Assembly: GCA_902778165.1 (NCBI GenBank)
Contig: CACYWQ010000009.1
Coordinates: 13,781-77,780, forward strand
DNA: 64,000 bases
Origin: an uncultured Lachnospiraceae bacterium
GTDB taxonomy: Bacteria; Bacillota; Clostridia; Lachnospirales; Lachnospiraceae
Direction: 5' to 3'
The translations under genes were made by a program, and so were the position numbers. Below, in pieces: positions 47,003-56,704 of the stretch. The notes under the pieces were generated by a model that saw only the letters and a program-made list of their open reading frames with translations, did no database searches and was not told the origin of the DNA. The number at the start of each line of letters is the position of its first letter. Position 1 is the first letter of the stretch.

Positions 47003-48061
47003 ATGAAGAAATTGCGTTATATAAGAATAATGGTCAGAACACTGGCGACTGCGGCCATGTCGGCTCTGATGTTGTGGTATGCCCCGGGCGAACTGTTGAT
47101 GTCTGAGGTAAATATGTCTCATACGGATATTTCGTATGTAATGGCAGCGGAAGAGATGAACGCCACCGGAGTTGTCAATAACGATAAGCTTAATGTCAGA
47201 AGCGGTCCGAGCACATCAGATGATGTGATAGGTCGGCTTGAAGACGGAGATTCGGTTGATATCACGGGTAAAGACGGCGACTGGTATCGCATTGAATATG
47301 ACGAGGAAGTCGGATATGTATCGTCCAAATACGTAGAGATACAAACCGGTGATTCAGAGTCTGAAGATGCAGAAGCTGATGATGATAATGATAATGAGTC
47401 ATCGGATGAAGAGGATGAAGAAGAGGATAAGAAGGGCGGCTTAGCCGGTACGAATGTTACAACCACGGCTATTGTTGCCGGTGTGATCCTGTTACTTGTA
47501 ATCATAATATTTGCAACAATTAAGAGTATTCGTAATCTTTCGGATGATGACGATGATGATTATTATTATGAGGATGACTACGAAGAAGACGAATACGACG
47601 AATACGAAGAAGATTACGAAGACGAGTACGAGGAAGAAGACGACGAGTACGAAGAAGATGATGAATACTATGAGGAAGAGTATGAGGACGATGGGGATGA
47701 TTATGCAGAAGAACCGGTAAGACGTCCGGTACCTAAGGCTGATCCTTATGAAGATTTGCCGCCGGCACTTAAGGCGGTAAGAGAAGGAGCGGATCCTGCT
47801 AAGTATATGAGTGATAATCCAGAGGATTATAAGATAGATATAGATCCCAGTTATTTTGAGAAGACTGCGGCTCTTCCTCCGATTGATGATGAACTTATCG
47901 ATGATGAAGATGCACCTAAGCCCATAGGCTCTGAACCATCCGCTGAATCGATAGATTTATCCGATCCTAAGATTGATAAGGAAGTCCGTATAGAAGAGGC
48001 TTTAAAGAAGATGGAAGAACTTAAGGCCGAAATAGAGAGTATCAAAAATGAGCAGACATAG
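47003..48061 (+). CDS. SH3b-domain membrane protein with an extreme D/E/Y-rich tail
   Basis: N-terminal anchor, SH3b (LNVRSGPSTSDDVIGRLEDGDSVDITGKDGDWYRI), an acidic linker, a second TM (IVAGVILLLVIIIFATI), then about 55 residues made almost only of D, E and Y. Confidence 0.7.
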   Translation: MKKLRYIRIMVRTLATAAMSALMLWYAPGELLMSEVNMSHTDISYVMAAEEMNATGVVNNDKLNVRSGPSTSDDVIGRLEDGDSVDITGKDGDWYRIEYDEEVGYVSSKYVEIQTGDSESEDAEADDDNDNESSDEEDEEEDKKGGLAGTNVTTTAIVAGVILLLVIIIFATIKSIRNLSDDDDDDYYYEDDYEEDEYDEYEEDYEDEYEEEDDEYEEDDEYYEEEYEDDGDDYAEEPVRRPVPKADPYEDLPPALKAVREGADPAKYMSDNPEDYKIDIDPSYFEKTAALPPIDDELIDDEDAPKPIGSEPSAESIDLSDPKIDKEVRIEEALKKMEELKAEIESIKNEQT

Positions 48062-48084
48062 ACTTCAGACGTCTGCTCATTTTA
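48050..48084 (+). terminator. rho-independent terminator
   Basis: Stem GAGCAGAC / GTCTGCTC overlapping the stop codon, then ATTTT. Confidence 0.55.
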
Positions 48085-48110
48085 ATATATAAGGTCATTC
48101 CGTAGAATGC

Positions 48111-49109
48111 TTAAGCATTCTTAGCCTTGGCCGTTGATTCTCTTATGATTAACTTAGGTCTTAGTAACGACTTGCTTACGGCTATTCCTGATATAAGAGA
48201 TGTCAGTATAACGAAACCACCCTTGCCAAGCTCTAATCTGTTCTGATTGACGGTGGTAAGCTTAGGTGTTAATTCGCTTGCAATAGGTATGTCATCAAAT
48301 CCTATAACGCTTATGTCTTCGGGAACACGTAAGCCCTTAAGCTTACATTCTTCCACAACACCGGATGCTATTAAGTCATTACCGCACATGATGGCGGTTG
48401 CACCGTTATCAAGGAAGGCCGGGACGTGGTATCTGGCGGAATCGGCCACATAATATCCGTATGCCAATAACTTCTCATCCACCTTAAGGTTATGATTCTT
48501 CATTCCCTGTAAGAAGGCTTCCTGACGTTGCTCGGATACCATGGAATGCAGCGAACCGTTAAGAAAAGCTATCCTGGTATGGCCAAGCTTGCTTAAATGC
48601 TCTATGGCCTCATCTATTCCTTCGTAATTATCCGTACCCACGTAACAGGTATTGGGATTGTGTTTGATGCTGTTATCGAATAATACAGTGGGCATGGTTG
48701 TAGTCTTAAACTGATTCATCCATTCATCCTGAAGAGCAAATCCTACGATAAAGGCTCCACTATAGCCTTTGCTTAACAGATAAGTGTCATACTTATTCTC
48801 AAGCTGGAAAGTGGGGGTGACGGGAATCACGTCCACATCCCAATTGTCCTTAAATGCACCCTGCTTAAATCCGAGAACTATATCGTAACCGAAATCGTTC
48901 TCAGTCTCGTACTCCATATTCTCAATAAACAGTGCGAGCTTGCGATGCTCCTTCTGACGGGATCGCTTGGTGGAATATCCGAGTTCCACGGCAGTGTCCA
49001 ATACTAATTGACGTAACTCCTCACTGATGTCACTTGCACCGTTCATACTCTTGGATACCGCACTAACCGAGATCCCCAGTTTGTTTGCTATATCCTTAAT
49101 AGTTGCCAT
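48111..49109 (-). CDS. LacI family transcriptional regulator
   Basis: HTH MATIKDIANKLGISVSAVSKSMNG plus a periplasmic-binding-protein-like fold. Confidence 0.9.
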   Translation of the reverse strand: MATIKDIANKLGISVSAVSKSMNGASDISEELRQLVLDTAVELGYSTKRSRQKEHRKLALFIENMEYETENDFGYDIVLGFKQGAFKDNWDVDVIPVTPTFQLENKYDTYLLSKGYSGAFIVGFALQDEWMNQFKTTTMPTVLFDNSIKHNPNTCYVGTDNYEGIDEAIEHLSKLGHTRIAFLNGSLHSMVSEQRQEAFLQGMKNHNLKVDEKLLAYGYYVADSARYHVPAFLDNGATAIMCGNDLIASGVVEECKLKGLRVPEDISVIGFDDIPIASELTPKLTTVNQNRLELGKGGFVILTSLISGIAVSKSLLRPKLIIRESTAKAKNA

Positions 49110-49185
49110 AACCCCTCCGCTATGCTAGTATATTAAAAGTATATCACGAAAATTTACTAAAATACAGAAAAATTGTGAGATAAAT

Positions 49186-50748
49186 ATGAACAGTACTAAC
49201 GGATTAAAAAGAGGCGCGGGAGTGCTCATGGCAATAAGCAGTCTGCCGTCGGATTACGGTATCGGAACGATGGGCTCTGCAGCAAGGGCATTTATAGATA
49301 TGCTTGCTGATATTAAGATGAGATATTGGCAGGTTCTTCCCATGGGCCCCACAAGTATCGGCAACAGTCCGTATCAGCCCATATCTGCATTTGCGGGTAA
49401 TAATTATCTTATAGATCTGGATGAACTGGTATCCGAAGGGTTGCTTGAATCTTCGGAGATTCGTGCCTATGACTGGGGTGTGGATGATGATGAGATTGAT
49501 TATGCGACAATGTATGACAATCGAATACTGATCCTTAAGCAGGCATTTGCCAGATTTGATCGTAAGAATCCCGAATACATTAAGTTTAATGAAACCAATA
49601 AGCATTGGCTTGATGATTATGTGTTGTTTCGCGCAATCAAGGAAGTGCATGACGGAAGAGAGTGGACGGCCTGGGAAGAGGAACTTAAGAACAAGGAACC
49701 TAAGGCTGTCAGATCATTTGCATCAACCCATAAGGAGACACTTGAGTATTATCGCTTCTGTCAGTTTGTATTTAATAAACAGTGGAATAATCTTAAATCC
49801 TACGCATCCGGTAAGGGAATATCGATAATAGGTGACGTACCCTTGTATCTGGCACATGACAGTGCGGATGTATGGGCCAACAGGGAGATATTTGCCCTTA
49901 ATGAAGACGGTGAACCTAAGCTTATATCGGCAATGCCTTCGGATGAATTCTCGCCTAAGGGTCAGATATGGGGCAGTCCCGTATATAATTGGGAGAATAT
50001 GGATGCAGACGGATTTGATTGGTGGAAATCGCGAATTGCCTATGCGGCAGGAATGTATGATGCAATAAGACTTGATCATTTCATAGGAGTAGTTAAATAC
50101 TATGCCGTAAGTCCCTCATCCGGACGAAGTGAGTCGGGACGCTGGTATAAGGGACCCAGCAGAAGGTTCATGGATGCAATAATGGGAGCGATCGGTGATA
50201 CGCCGTTGATCGTTGATGATGCAGGACCGCGAACCATAGTTCCCGGAGTGGGCAAGTTAATAGACAAGTGGCATCTTACCAGATCAAGGATATTGGTATT
50301 CGGTTGGGATAAGGATTCGGATAACGACAACCTTCCTCATAATTATCAGGATTCCAATATTGCAGTATATACAACCACACATGATACCGAGACACTGGCC
50401 GGATATATACGGTCGCATATGGATAAAGGTAAAAAACATGCGATTGACCATATGAGTCAGTATGTATATACCAAACCTTCGGGCGAACTGTCGGATATAT
50501 CGGATACAGAGGAATTATCGGAAGAGACGATAATGCAGCTTGTATATGAGAATATCAGATTGGCTTACGCAAGTACGGCATCCATAGCCATTATTCCGAT
50601 TCAGGACATACTAAGACTTGGTAATGAGGCCAGGATGAATGCTCCGGCTACGGTATTCGGTAACTGGCAATGGAGAGTAGGTACTCATACCTTAAATGAA
50701 GAATGCAAGGACGTCATAAGACAGTTTGCCTTAACATACAGAAGGTAG
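49186..50748 (+). CDS. malQ: 4-alpha-glucanotransferase (amylomaltase, GH77)
   Basis: YWQVLPMGPTSIGNSPYQPISAFAGN, RLDHFIG, THDTET. Confidence 0.92.
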   Translation: MNSTNGLKRGAGVLMAISSLPSDYGIGTMGSAARAFIDMLADIKMRYWQVLPMGPTSIGNSPYQPISAFAGNNYLIDLDELVSEGLLESSEIRAYDWGVDDDEIDYATMYDNRILILKQAFARFDRKNPEYIKFNETNKHWLDDYVLFRAIKEVHDGREWTAWEEELKNKEPKAVRSFASTHKETLEYYRFCQFVFNKQWNNLKSYASGKGISIIGDVPLYLAHDSADVWANREIFALNEDGEPKLISAMPSDEFSPKGQIWGSPVYNWENMDADGFDWWKSRIAYAAGMYDAIRLDHFIGVVKYYAVSPSSGRSESGRWYKGPSRRFMDAIMGAIGDTPLIVDDAGPRTIVPGVGKLIDKWHLTRSRILVFGWDKDSDNDNLPHNYQDSNIAVYTTTHDTETLAGYIRSHMDKGKKHAIDHMSQYVYTKPSGELSDISDTEELSEETIMQLVYENIRLAYASTASIAIIPIQDILRLGNEARMNAPATVFGNWQWRVGTHTLNEECKDVIRQFALTYRR

Positions 50749-50794
50749 ACAGGCTTATATAATATAAAAGAATCTAAGTGACTAATTCAGTCAA

Positions 50795-52975
50795 TCATCT
50801 GTACGGCAGAATGTCTTCGACATAGGCGCGAAGAATCTCTCCCACACTCCAAGCCTGGTTGTAACATCCGCCGGGGCGGTGCGGAGAATCGCCGTCAAAC
50901 ACTTCTGATATACCACCGATGGCAGCTTCAGATGACATATGTGTCAGTATTGGTTCTAAGATGGATTCAAGCTTGACTGTCACGTCTTTGCTCGGTCCGT
51001 AGGCTCTTCTGTAGGCACTTACTAAGGAACCGAGAAGATATGACCATGCAGTTCCCTGATGATATGCCTCATCTCTCTTGGCAAGAGAGCCTCTGTACTG
51101 ACCGTGGTAGTCATTATTATCATCCGATAAGGATCTTACTCCGGGTCCCACATATAATTTGTTCATACACAGATCGACAACTGATTTCTCCTGAGTCTTA
51201 CTTAAGATTGAGAATGGTAATGATATTGCGATCAACTGGTTGGGACGTATGGAAAGATCCTTGAATGTATAATCATCCGTTGAAGCGTCATACACGACCA
51301 CGTCATACAGACAATGTCTTGCATCATTCCAGAATGCCTTAATGAATGAATTCTTGATCTTAGCCGATAATTCCGCGTAACGTGCTCCGTCATATCCGTA
51401 TATCTTACACAGATATTCCATAATACATACAGCATTATACCATAGAGCATTGATCTCAACGGGACAGCCGTGTCTGGGAGTCATGACCTTATCATCGACT
51501 CTTACATCCATCCATGTCACCTGATCAAGGTCGCTTCCGGCATGAATCAATCCGTTATTCTCCATATGGATGGAATAATCGGTTCCCTCTATGTAATGTT
51601 CGGTAATGTCTATAAGTCCGGGGAAGATGTCCTTACGAATGAAACTGAGTACATCTCTTAGATAATTCTCGCCAACTTTGGGATCGTCTTTTAAGTATTT
51701 GATATATCTGTATACCGCAATGAAGAACCATAGCGAAGCATCGGCCGTATTGTATAAGGGGCCGGATGTATCGTCTGGGAACATATTGGGTATTAATCCG
51801 TCTTTGATATAATGGGCGAAGGTAAGCAGAATCTGCCCTGCTTCTTCGTATCTTCTCGTGCATAATGTAAGACCCGTAAATGCGATCATGGTGTCCCTGC
51901 CCCAATCGGTAAAATACGGATATCCGGCTAAGATTGTTCCGGTGCCGGTTGAGGTTCTCTTGGATAAGAAATGATCCGCACTTAAGGCAAGCCTTATAAG
52001 TGTTTCATCGGGTGTATCAGGCGCTTTGGATGAGAGTGCACCGTTACTCTTATATACACGGTCTGATGCTCTGTCAGCCAATCGCTCGTAATATTTCCTT
52101 GATTCTCTGAATATCTTGTGAGCATCTCTGGTCTCTAAGAAATAATCTCCGGCATCCTGTAACAGTGCAAATCCCTGAAGACTCTCAGAACAAACCACAT
52201 GGCATAATACTGAATAGGATACGGTTGTGCCTGCAGGAATCTTAACTGCCACCTCACAGGGAGTGTAGTGGCTTGTAAGTCCTTCTTCTTCAAGTTCTTT
52301 CTGGGTGATCAAAACGGTGCCTGATTCGTATTTGACATTGCGTTCATTGTACTGACCGCCGCTGAATGCGAGGTCTATTCTTACGAACTGGTTGACTCTG
52401 GGCACCAAAGATAAGGTATTGCCCGTTCTTAATACGTTAAACTTAGGCACGGCCCTGTATGTAAGTTTGTCATGTTCTCTGAAATTAATAAGCGGGGTTA
52501 AATATACCTCGGCCTCTTTGTCCGTATGATTGACTATGTCATAGGCTATGGCCGTGGCGTTGGAATCACGCTTCATTGATATGGTCTTATCTATTGTGAC
52601 GCTATCTCCGCACTTATACTGAAATAATATGCTGGCATCATCATAGATGACTTTGGTTAGATATACGAATCCGTCATATTCCGTTATATTCCCCTTCTTC
52701 TCAATCCTTGAGCAATCCAGGTCGTATTCTTCATCGCCTATAGCCACATACTCTTTGATGCGCTCCAAAGTCACATATCTGTGAGTCGGAGGGTAGAGTG
52801 CGGCAACCAGATATCCCTGGTGTGTGCGGTTAAGCGAACCAACTAACGAACCGCTGCAATAACCGCCCAGTCCGTTGGTCAGACACCATTCCATATGCGA
52901 GCCGGTCTCATAATCCGGCCAATTGTCGTTAGTGTAAGTATATTCTGTCATAATTGGCTTCCCCAAGCCGTACAC
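50795..52975 (-). CDS. glycogen debranching enzyme family protein (amylo-alpha-1,6-glucosidase, GDE_C type)
   Basis: GYPYFTDWGRDTMIAF and C-terminal QAWSVGEILR motifs. The start could be 52975 (GTG) or the ATG at 52951. Confidence 0.82.
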   Translation of the reverse strand: MYGLGKPIMTEYTYTNDNWPDYETGSHMEWCLTNGLGGYCSGSLVGSLNRTHQGYLVAALYPPTHRYVTLERIKEYVAIGDEEYDLDCSRIEKKGNITEYDGFVYLTKVIYDDASILFQYKCGDSVTIDKTISMKRDSNATAIAYDIVNHTDKEAEVYLTPLINFREHDKLTYRAVPKFNVLRTGNTLSLVPRVNQFVRIDLAFSGGQYNERNVKYESGTVLITQKELEEEGLTSHYTPCEVAVKIPAGTTVSYSVLCHVVCSESLQGFALLQDAGDYFLETRDAHKIFRESRKYYERLADRASDRVYKSNGALSSKAPDTPDETLIRLALSADHFLSKRTSTGTGTILAGYPYFTDWGRDTMIAFTGLTLCTRRYEEAGQILLTFAHYIKDGLIPNMFPDDTSGPLYNTADASLWFFIAVYRYIKYLKDDPKVGENYLRDVLSFIRKDIFPGLIDITEHYIEGTDYSIHMENNGLIHAGSDLDQVTWMDVRVDDKVMTPRHGCPVEINALWYNAVCIMEYLCKIYGYDGARYAELSAKIKNSFIKAFWNDARHCLYDVVVYDASTDDYTFKDLSIRPNQLIAISLPFSILSKTQEKSVVDLCMNKLYVGPGVRSLSDDNNDYHGQYRGSLAKRDEAYHQGTAWSYLLGSLVSAYRRAYGPSKDVTVKLESILEPILTHMSSEAAIGGISEVFDGDSPHRPGGCYNQAWSVGEILRAYVEDILPYR

Positions 52976-53038
52976 AAGGCTTATCGAAGATAATTATATA
53001 TGTTATAATTACTATATTGCAAGACGGAGGTATTTCCT

Positions 53039-54208
53039 ATGATTGACAGAAGAGTATTTGTGATAGTTATAGACAGCTGCGGATGCGGTTATGCGCCTGA
53101 TGCGGCAGCATTTGGCGATGAAGGAGCCAATACGCTTAAGACAATAGCCTTAAGCGGCAAGCTTAATGTCCCCGTAATGAAGCAGATGGGATTATTTAAC
53201 ATTGACGGATGTGATTACATTGATGGAACGGATAAGCCAAACGGTTGCTATGCAAGACTTACAGAGCGTTCCATGGGTAAGGATACAACCATAGGTCATT
53301 GGGAGATCGCAGGAATAGTATCCGAGAGTCCTCTCCCCACATATCCGGACGGATTCCCGGCTGAAGTAATAGAAGAATTTGAGAAACAGACGGGTCGTAA
53401 GGCATTGTGTAACAAGCCTTATTCCGGTACAGAGGTTATTAAGGATTATGGCGATGAGCATATAAAGACCGGAGCACTTATCGTATATACTTCGGCGGAC
53501 AGCGTATTCCAGATAGCGGCTCATGAGGACATAGTGCCTGTTGAGAAATTATATGAATACTGTGAGATCGCAAGGAAGATACTTGTGGGCAAACACGGAG
53601 TAGGCAGAGTGATAGCCCGCCCGTTTATCGGTGAAAGCGGCAATTATACCCGTACACCCAGACGCCACGATTTTTCCCTTGTTCCCCCTCAGGTAACCAT
53701 GATGGATGCGCTTATTAAGGCGGGATATGATACATACGGAGTCGGCAAGATATATGATATATTCGCAGGCAAGGGTATCAACCATACGGTAAGAACCGAG
53801 AATAATGCTGACGGAATGAATAAGACGCTTGAATTCCAGAAGGAAGATTTCAAGGGACTTTGCTTTGTTAATCTTGTGGATACGGATATGATATACGGTC
53901 ACAGACGTGATATCGAAGGATATGCGAAGGCCGTATCAGAGGTGGATGCAGCGCTTAAGACATTTACCGAGAGAATGAGAGATGATGATATCTTAATGAT
54001 CACCGCAGATCACGGATGCGATCCGGGATATAAGGGAACGGATCATACAAGAGAGATGGTTCCCTTACTTGTATACGGCAAGAATATTCGAGCAGGAGTA
54101 AATCTTGGAACAAGAGGCTCCTATGCCGATATTGCGGCCACAATACTTGATATATTCGGAATTAAGGGTGAGACTGAGGGTGAGAGTTTCTGGGAGGCTG
54201 TTAAATGA
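53039..54208 (+). CDS. deoB: phosphopentomutase
   Basis: VIVIDSCG, GHWEIAG, TADHGCDP. Confidence 0.93.
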   Translation: MIDRRVFVIVIDSCGCGYAPDAAAFGDEGANTLKTIALSGKLNVPVMKQMGLFNIDGCDYIDGTDKPNGCYARLTERSMGKDTTIGHWEIAGIVSESPLPTYPDGFPAEVIEEFEKQTGRKALCNKPYSGTEVIKDYGDEHIKTGALIVYTSADSVFQIAAHEDIVPVEKLYEYCEIARKILVGKHGVGRVIARPFIGESGNYTRTPRRHDFSLVPPQVTMMDALIKAGYDTYGVGKIYDIFAGKGINHTVRTENNADGMNKTLEFQKEDFKGLCFVNLVDTDMIYGHRRDIEGYAKAVSEVDAALKTFTERMRDDDILMITADHGCDPGYKGTDHTREMVPLLVYGKNIRAGVNLGTRGSYADIAATILDIFGIKGETEGESFWEAVK

Positions 54209-54615
54209 GTTATTCTGAATTGATTGCCAAGGCAAATGAAGCAAGAAAGGGAGCATATGCGCCGTATTCGGAGTTTACCGTAGGGGCAGCACTTCTATGC
54301 AGAAACGGTAAGGTATATACCGGATGTAATATAGAGAATGCATCATACGGTGCAACGATATGCGCGGAGAGAACTGCCATATTTAAGGCCGTGAGTGAAG
54401 GTGAAGGTGAATTCGAAGCGATCGCAATAGTCGGCGCGCCACAGGGTAAGGATTATGAATTCTGTCCTCCCTGCGGAATGTGCAGGCAGGTCATGACTGA
54501 ATTCTGCGACCTTGACAACTTCAAGATCGTATTAAGCAACGGCAACGAAGACAGAGTATATACATTAAGGGAGATGATTCCCTATTCGTTTGATAACCTT
54601 AACGATAAGAGATAA
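54205..54615 (+). CDS. cdd: cytidine deaminase
   Basis: Zinc motifs CAERTAIFKA and PCGMCRQ. ATGA overlap with deoB. Confidence 0.93.
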   Translation: MSYSELIAKANEARKGAYAPYSEFTVGAALLCRNGKVYTGCNIENASYGATICAERTAIFKAVSEGEGEFEAIAIVGAPQGKDYEFCPPCGMCRQVMTEFCDLDNFKIVLSNGNEDRVYTLREMIPYSFDNLNDKR

Positions 54616-54632
54616 CAAGGAGACATAAGCAT

Positions 54633-55955
54633 ATGAGAATGTATGATCTGATTATGAAGAAGCGCGACGGTCATGTGATGGAAGATGAGGAGATCAAGTA
54701 CATCGTAGACGGCTTCGTAAGCGGCGAGATACCGGATTATCAGATGAGCGCGTTTCTTATGGCGATATTCTATAAGGGAATGAATGACCATGAGATCCTT
54801 ACGCTTACAACGGCAATGGCTGAGTCAGGCGATATGGTGGATCTATCTCCCATAGAGGGTATTAAGGTCGATAAGCATTCAACGGGCGGAGTAGGCGATA
54901 AGACAACGCTTATCGTGGCGCCGATTGTTGCGGCCAACGGAGTTAAGGTGGCCAAGATGAGTGGCAGAGGCTTGGGACATACCGGCGGAACGGTTGATAA
55001 GCTTGAATCGATCCCGGGCTACAGAACAGATCTTAATGAACATGAATTCTTTGACGTTGTCAGAAAGACCGGAATAAGCGTCATCGGACAGTCGGGCAAT
55101 CTTACGCCCGCGGATAAGAAGATGTATGCACTTAGAGATGTTACGGCAACCGTTGACAGCATTCCGCTTATTGCATCATCGATAATGAGTAAGAAGATTG
55201 CTGCAGGCAGTGACTGTATTCTCTTAGATGTTAAGGTAGGCAGCGGAGCTTTCATGAAAGAAGTTGACGACGCTGTTAGATTGGCTGAGGTTATGGTTGC
55301 GCTTGGTGAGAACGCAGGCCGTAAGACAAGAGCAATGATAACGGATATGGATACACCCCTTGGTAATGCCATAGGCAACAGTCTTGAAGTTATAGAAGCT
55401 GTCAATACTCTTAAGGGTAAGGGCCCCGAAGATCTGACACATGAGTGTATAGGTCTTGCCGCCAATATGATGGTGCTTGCGGGACTTGGTGATGAGAAAC
55501 ACTGCGAGGAATTGGCGCGTAAGGTGATAGATGACGGATCTGCACTGGAGAGACTGATCGCCATGGTGGATGCACAGGGCGGAGATTCTTCGGTGATCAA
55601 AGACACGGAGTATTTTACCAAGGCTAAGTACACACATGATGTGATAAGTGATACTGATGGCTATGTGACAGATATGGATGCGGCCGGATGCGGTATAGCT
55701 TCATCGATGTTAGGCGCCGGAAGAGAGACCCTTGAGAGTGAGATAGATTATGCGGCAGGCATAATCCTTAAGAAGAAGACAGGGGATGCCGTAAGTAAAG
55801 GCGATGTGTTGGCTACGTTATATGCCGATGACGAAGCTTTATTTGCCGCAGCCGAGAGAAGATACAAAGAAGCGGTTAAGATAAGCGGCAGTCGCAAGGA
55901 ACGTAATCCGCTCATATATGCACTTGTATCTAAAGACGGAGTTAAGAGATTCTGA
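54633..55955 (+). CDS. pdp: pyrimidine-nucleoside phosphorylase
   Basis: MRMYDLIMKKRDG N-terminus, HSTGGVGDK. Confidence 0.93.
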   Translation: MRMYDLIMKKRDGHVMEDEEIKYIVDGFVSGEIPDYQMSAFLMAIFYKGMNDHEILTLTTAMAESGDMVDLSPIEGIKVDKHSTGGVGDKTTLIVAPIVAANGVKVAKMSGRGLGHTGGTVDKLESIPGYRTDLNEHEFFDVVRKTGISVIGQSGNLTPADKKMYALRDVTATVDSIPLIASSIMSKKIAAGSDCILLDVKVGSGAFMKEVDDAVRLAEVMVALGENAGRKTRAMITDMDTPLGNAIGNSLEVIEAVNTLKGKGPEDLTHECIGLAANMMVLAGLGDEKHCEELARKVIDDGSALERLIAMVDAQGGDSSVIKDTEYFTKAKYTHDVISDTDGYVTDMDAAGCGIASSMLGAGRETLESEIDYAAGIILKKKTGDAVSKGDVLATLYADDEALFAAAERRYKEAVKISGSRKERNPLIYALVSKDGVKRF

Positions 55956-55972
55956 TAACGATGGAGGATAAG

Positions 55973-56614
55973 ATGACCAACAAAGAGATAGCACATTATA
56001 TAGACCACACGCTTCTTAAGCCGGTGGCAACCTGGGAACAGATCGATGAACTGTGTAAGGAAGCGATTAAGTATGAGACAGCGTCCGTATGTATCCCGCC
56101 CAATTACATTGCCCGTGTTAAGGATAAATACGGAGAGACTCTGCCTGTGGCAACCGTAATAGGATTCCCCTTAGGATATGAGTCATCTAAGGCTAAGCTT
56201 AATGAATGCAAGGTTGCACTTGAAGATGGTGCGGATGAGATCGACATGGTCATAGATATAACCGCTGTCAAGAATGGTGATTATGATGCGGTTACAGAAG
56301 AGATAAGAAGTATGAAGAAGATATGCGGCAAGCATATCCTTAAAGTGATAGTGGAGACCTGTTATCTGACTGAGGATGAGAAGATAGCCATGTGTAAGGC
56401 AGTGACGGATGCAGGAGCCGATTATATCAAGACTTCGACAGGATTCGGTACGGCGGGTGCAACATTAGAAGATGTGAAGCTGTTTAAGCAGCATATCGGC
56501 CCTGATGTTAAGATCAAGGCAGCAGGCGGTATCAGAACCAAGGAAGATATGGAAAGTTTCATTGCTGCCGGATGCGACAGAATCGGCTGTAGCAGTACGA
56601 AAGTGTTGTTCTGA
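55973..56614 (+). CDS. deoC: deoxyribose-phosphate aldolase
   Basis: IDHTLLKP and the IKTSTGF Schiff-base lysine context. GGAGGA lies 4 nt before the ATG at 55973 (the track start at 55961 is also possible). Confidence 0.92.
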   Translation: MTNKEIAHYIDHTLLKPVATWEQIDELCKEAIKYETASVCIPPNYIARVKDKYGETLPVATVIGFPLGYESSKAKLNECKVALEDGADEIDMVIDITAVKNGDYDAVTEEIRSMKKICGKHILKVIVETCYLTEDEKIAMCKAVTDAGADYIKTSTGFGTAGATLEDVKLFKQHIGPDVKIKAAGGIRTKEDMESFIAAGCDRIGCSSTKVLF

Positions 56615-56704
56615 TGTCAAAAATGTGTTATATTTAAGGTGTATGGGGTATTGGTACGAAGTATGCAAGGATGCATACGCTTTTCGTAAGAAACGGAGGT
56701 AACC

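Noticed and set aside
46220-47122. Minus-strand ORFs of 163, 60 and 130 aa.
   Set aside because: They are antisense to mtnA and the SH3b gene, with no independent signals.
47511-47720. A 69-aa + strand ORF rich in M/T/K.
   Set aside because: It is an alternative frame of the D/E/Y repeat of the SH3b protein, so it is a compositional artefact.
55019-55637. Minus-strand ORFs of 204 and 137 aa.
   Set aside because: They are antisense to pdp, which has clear family motifs. They are shadow ORFs.
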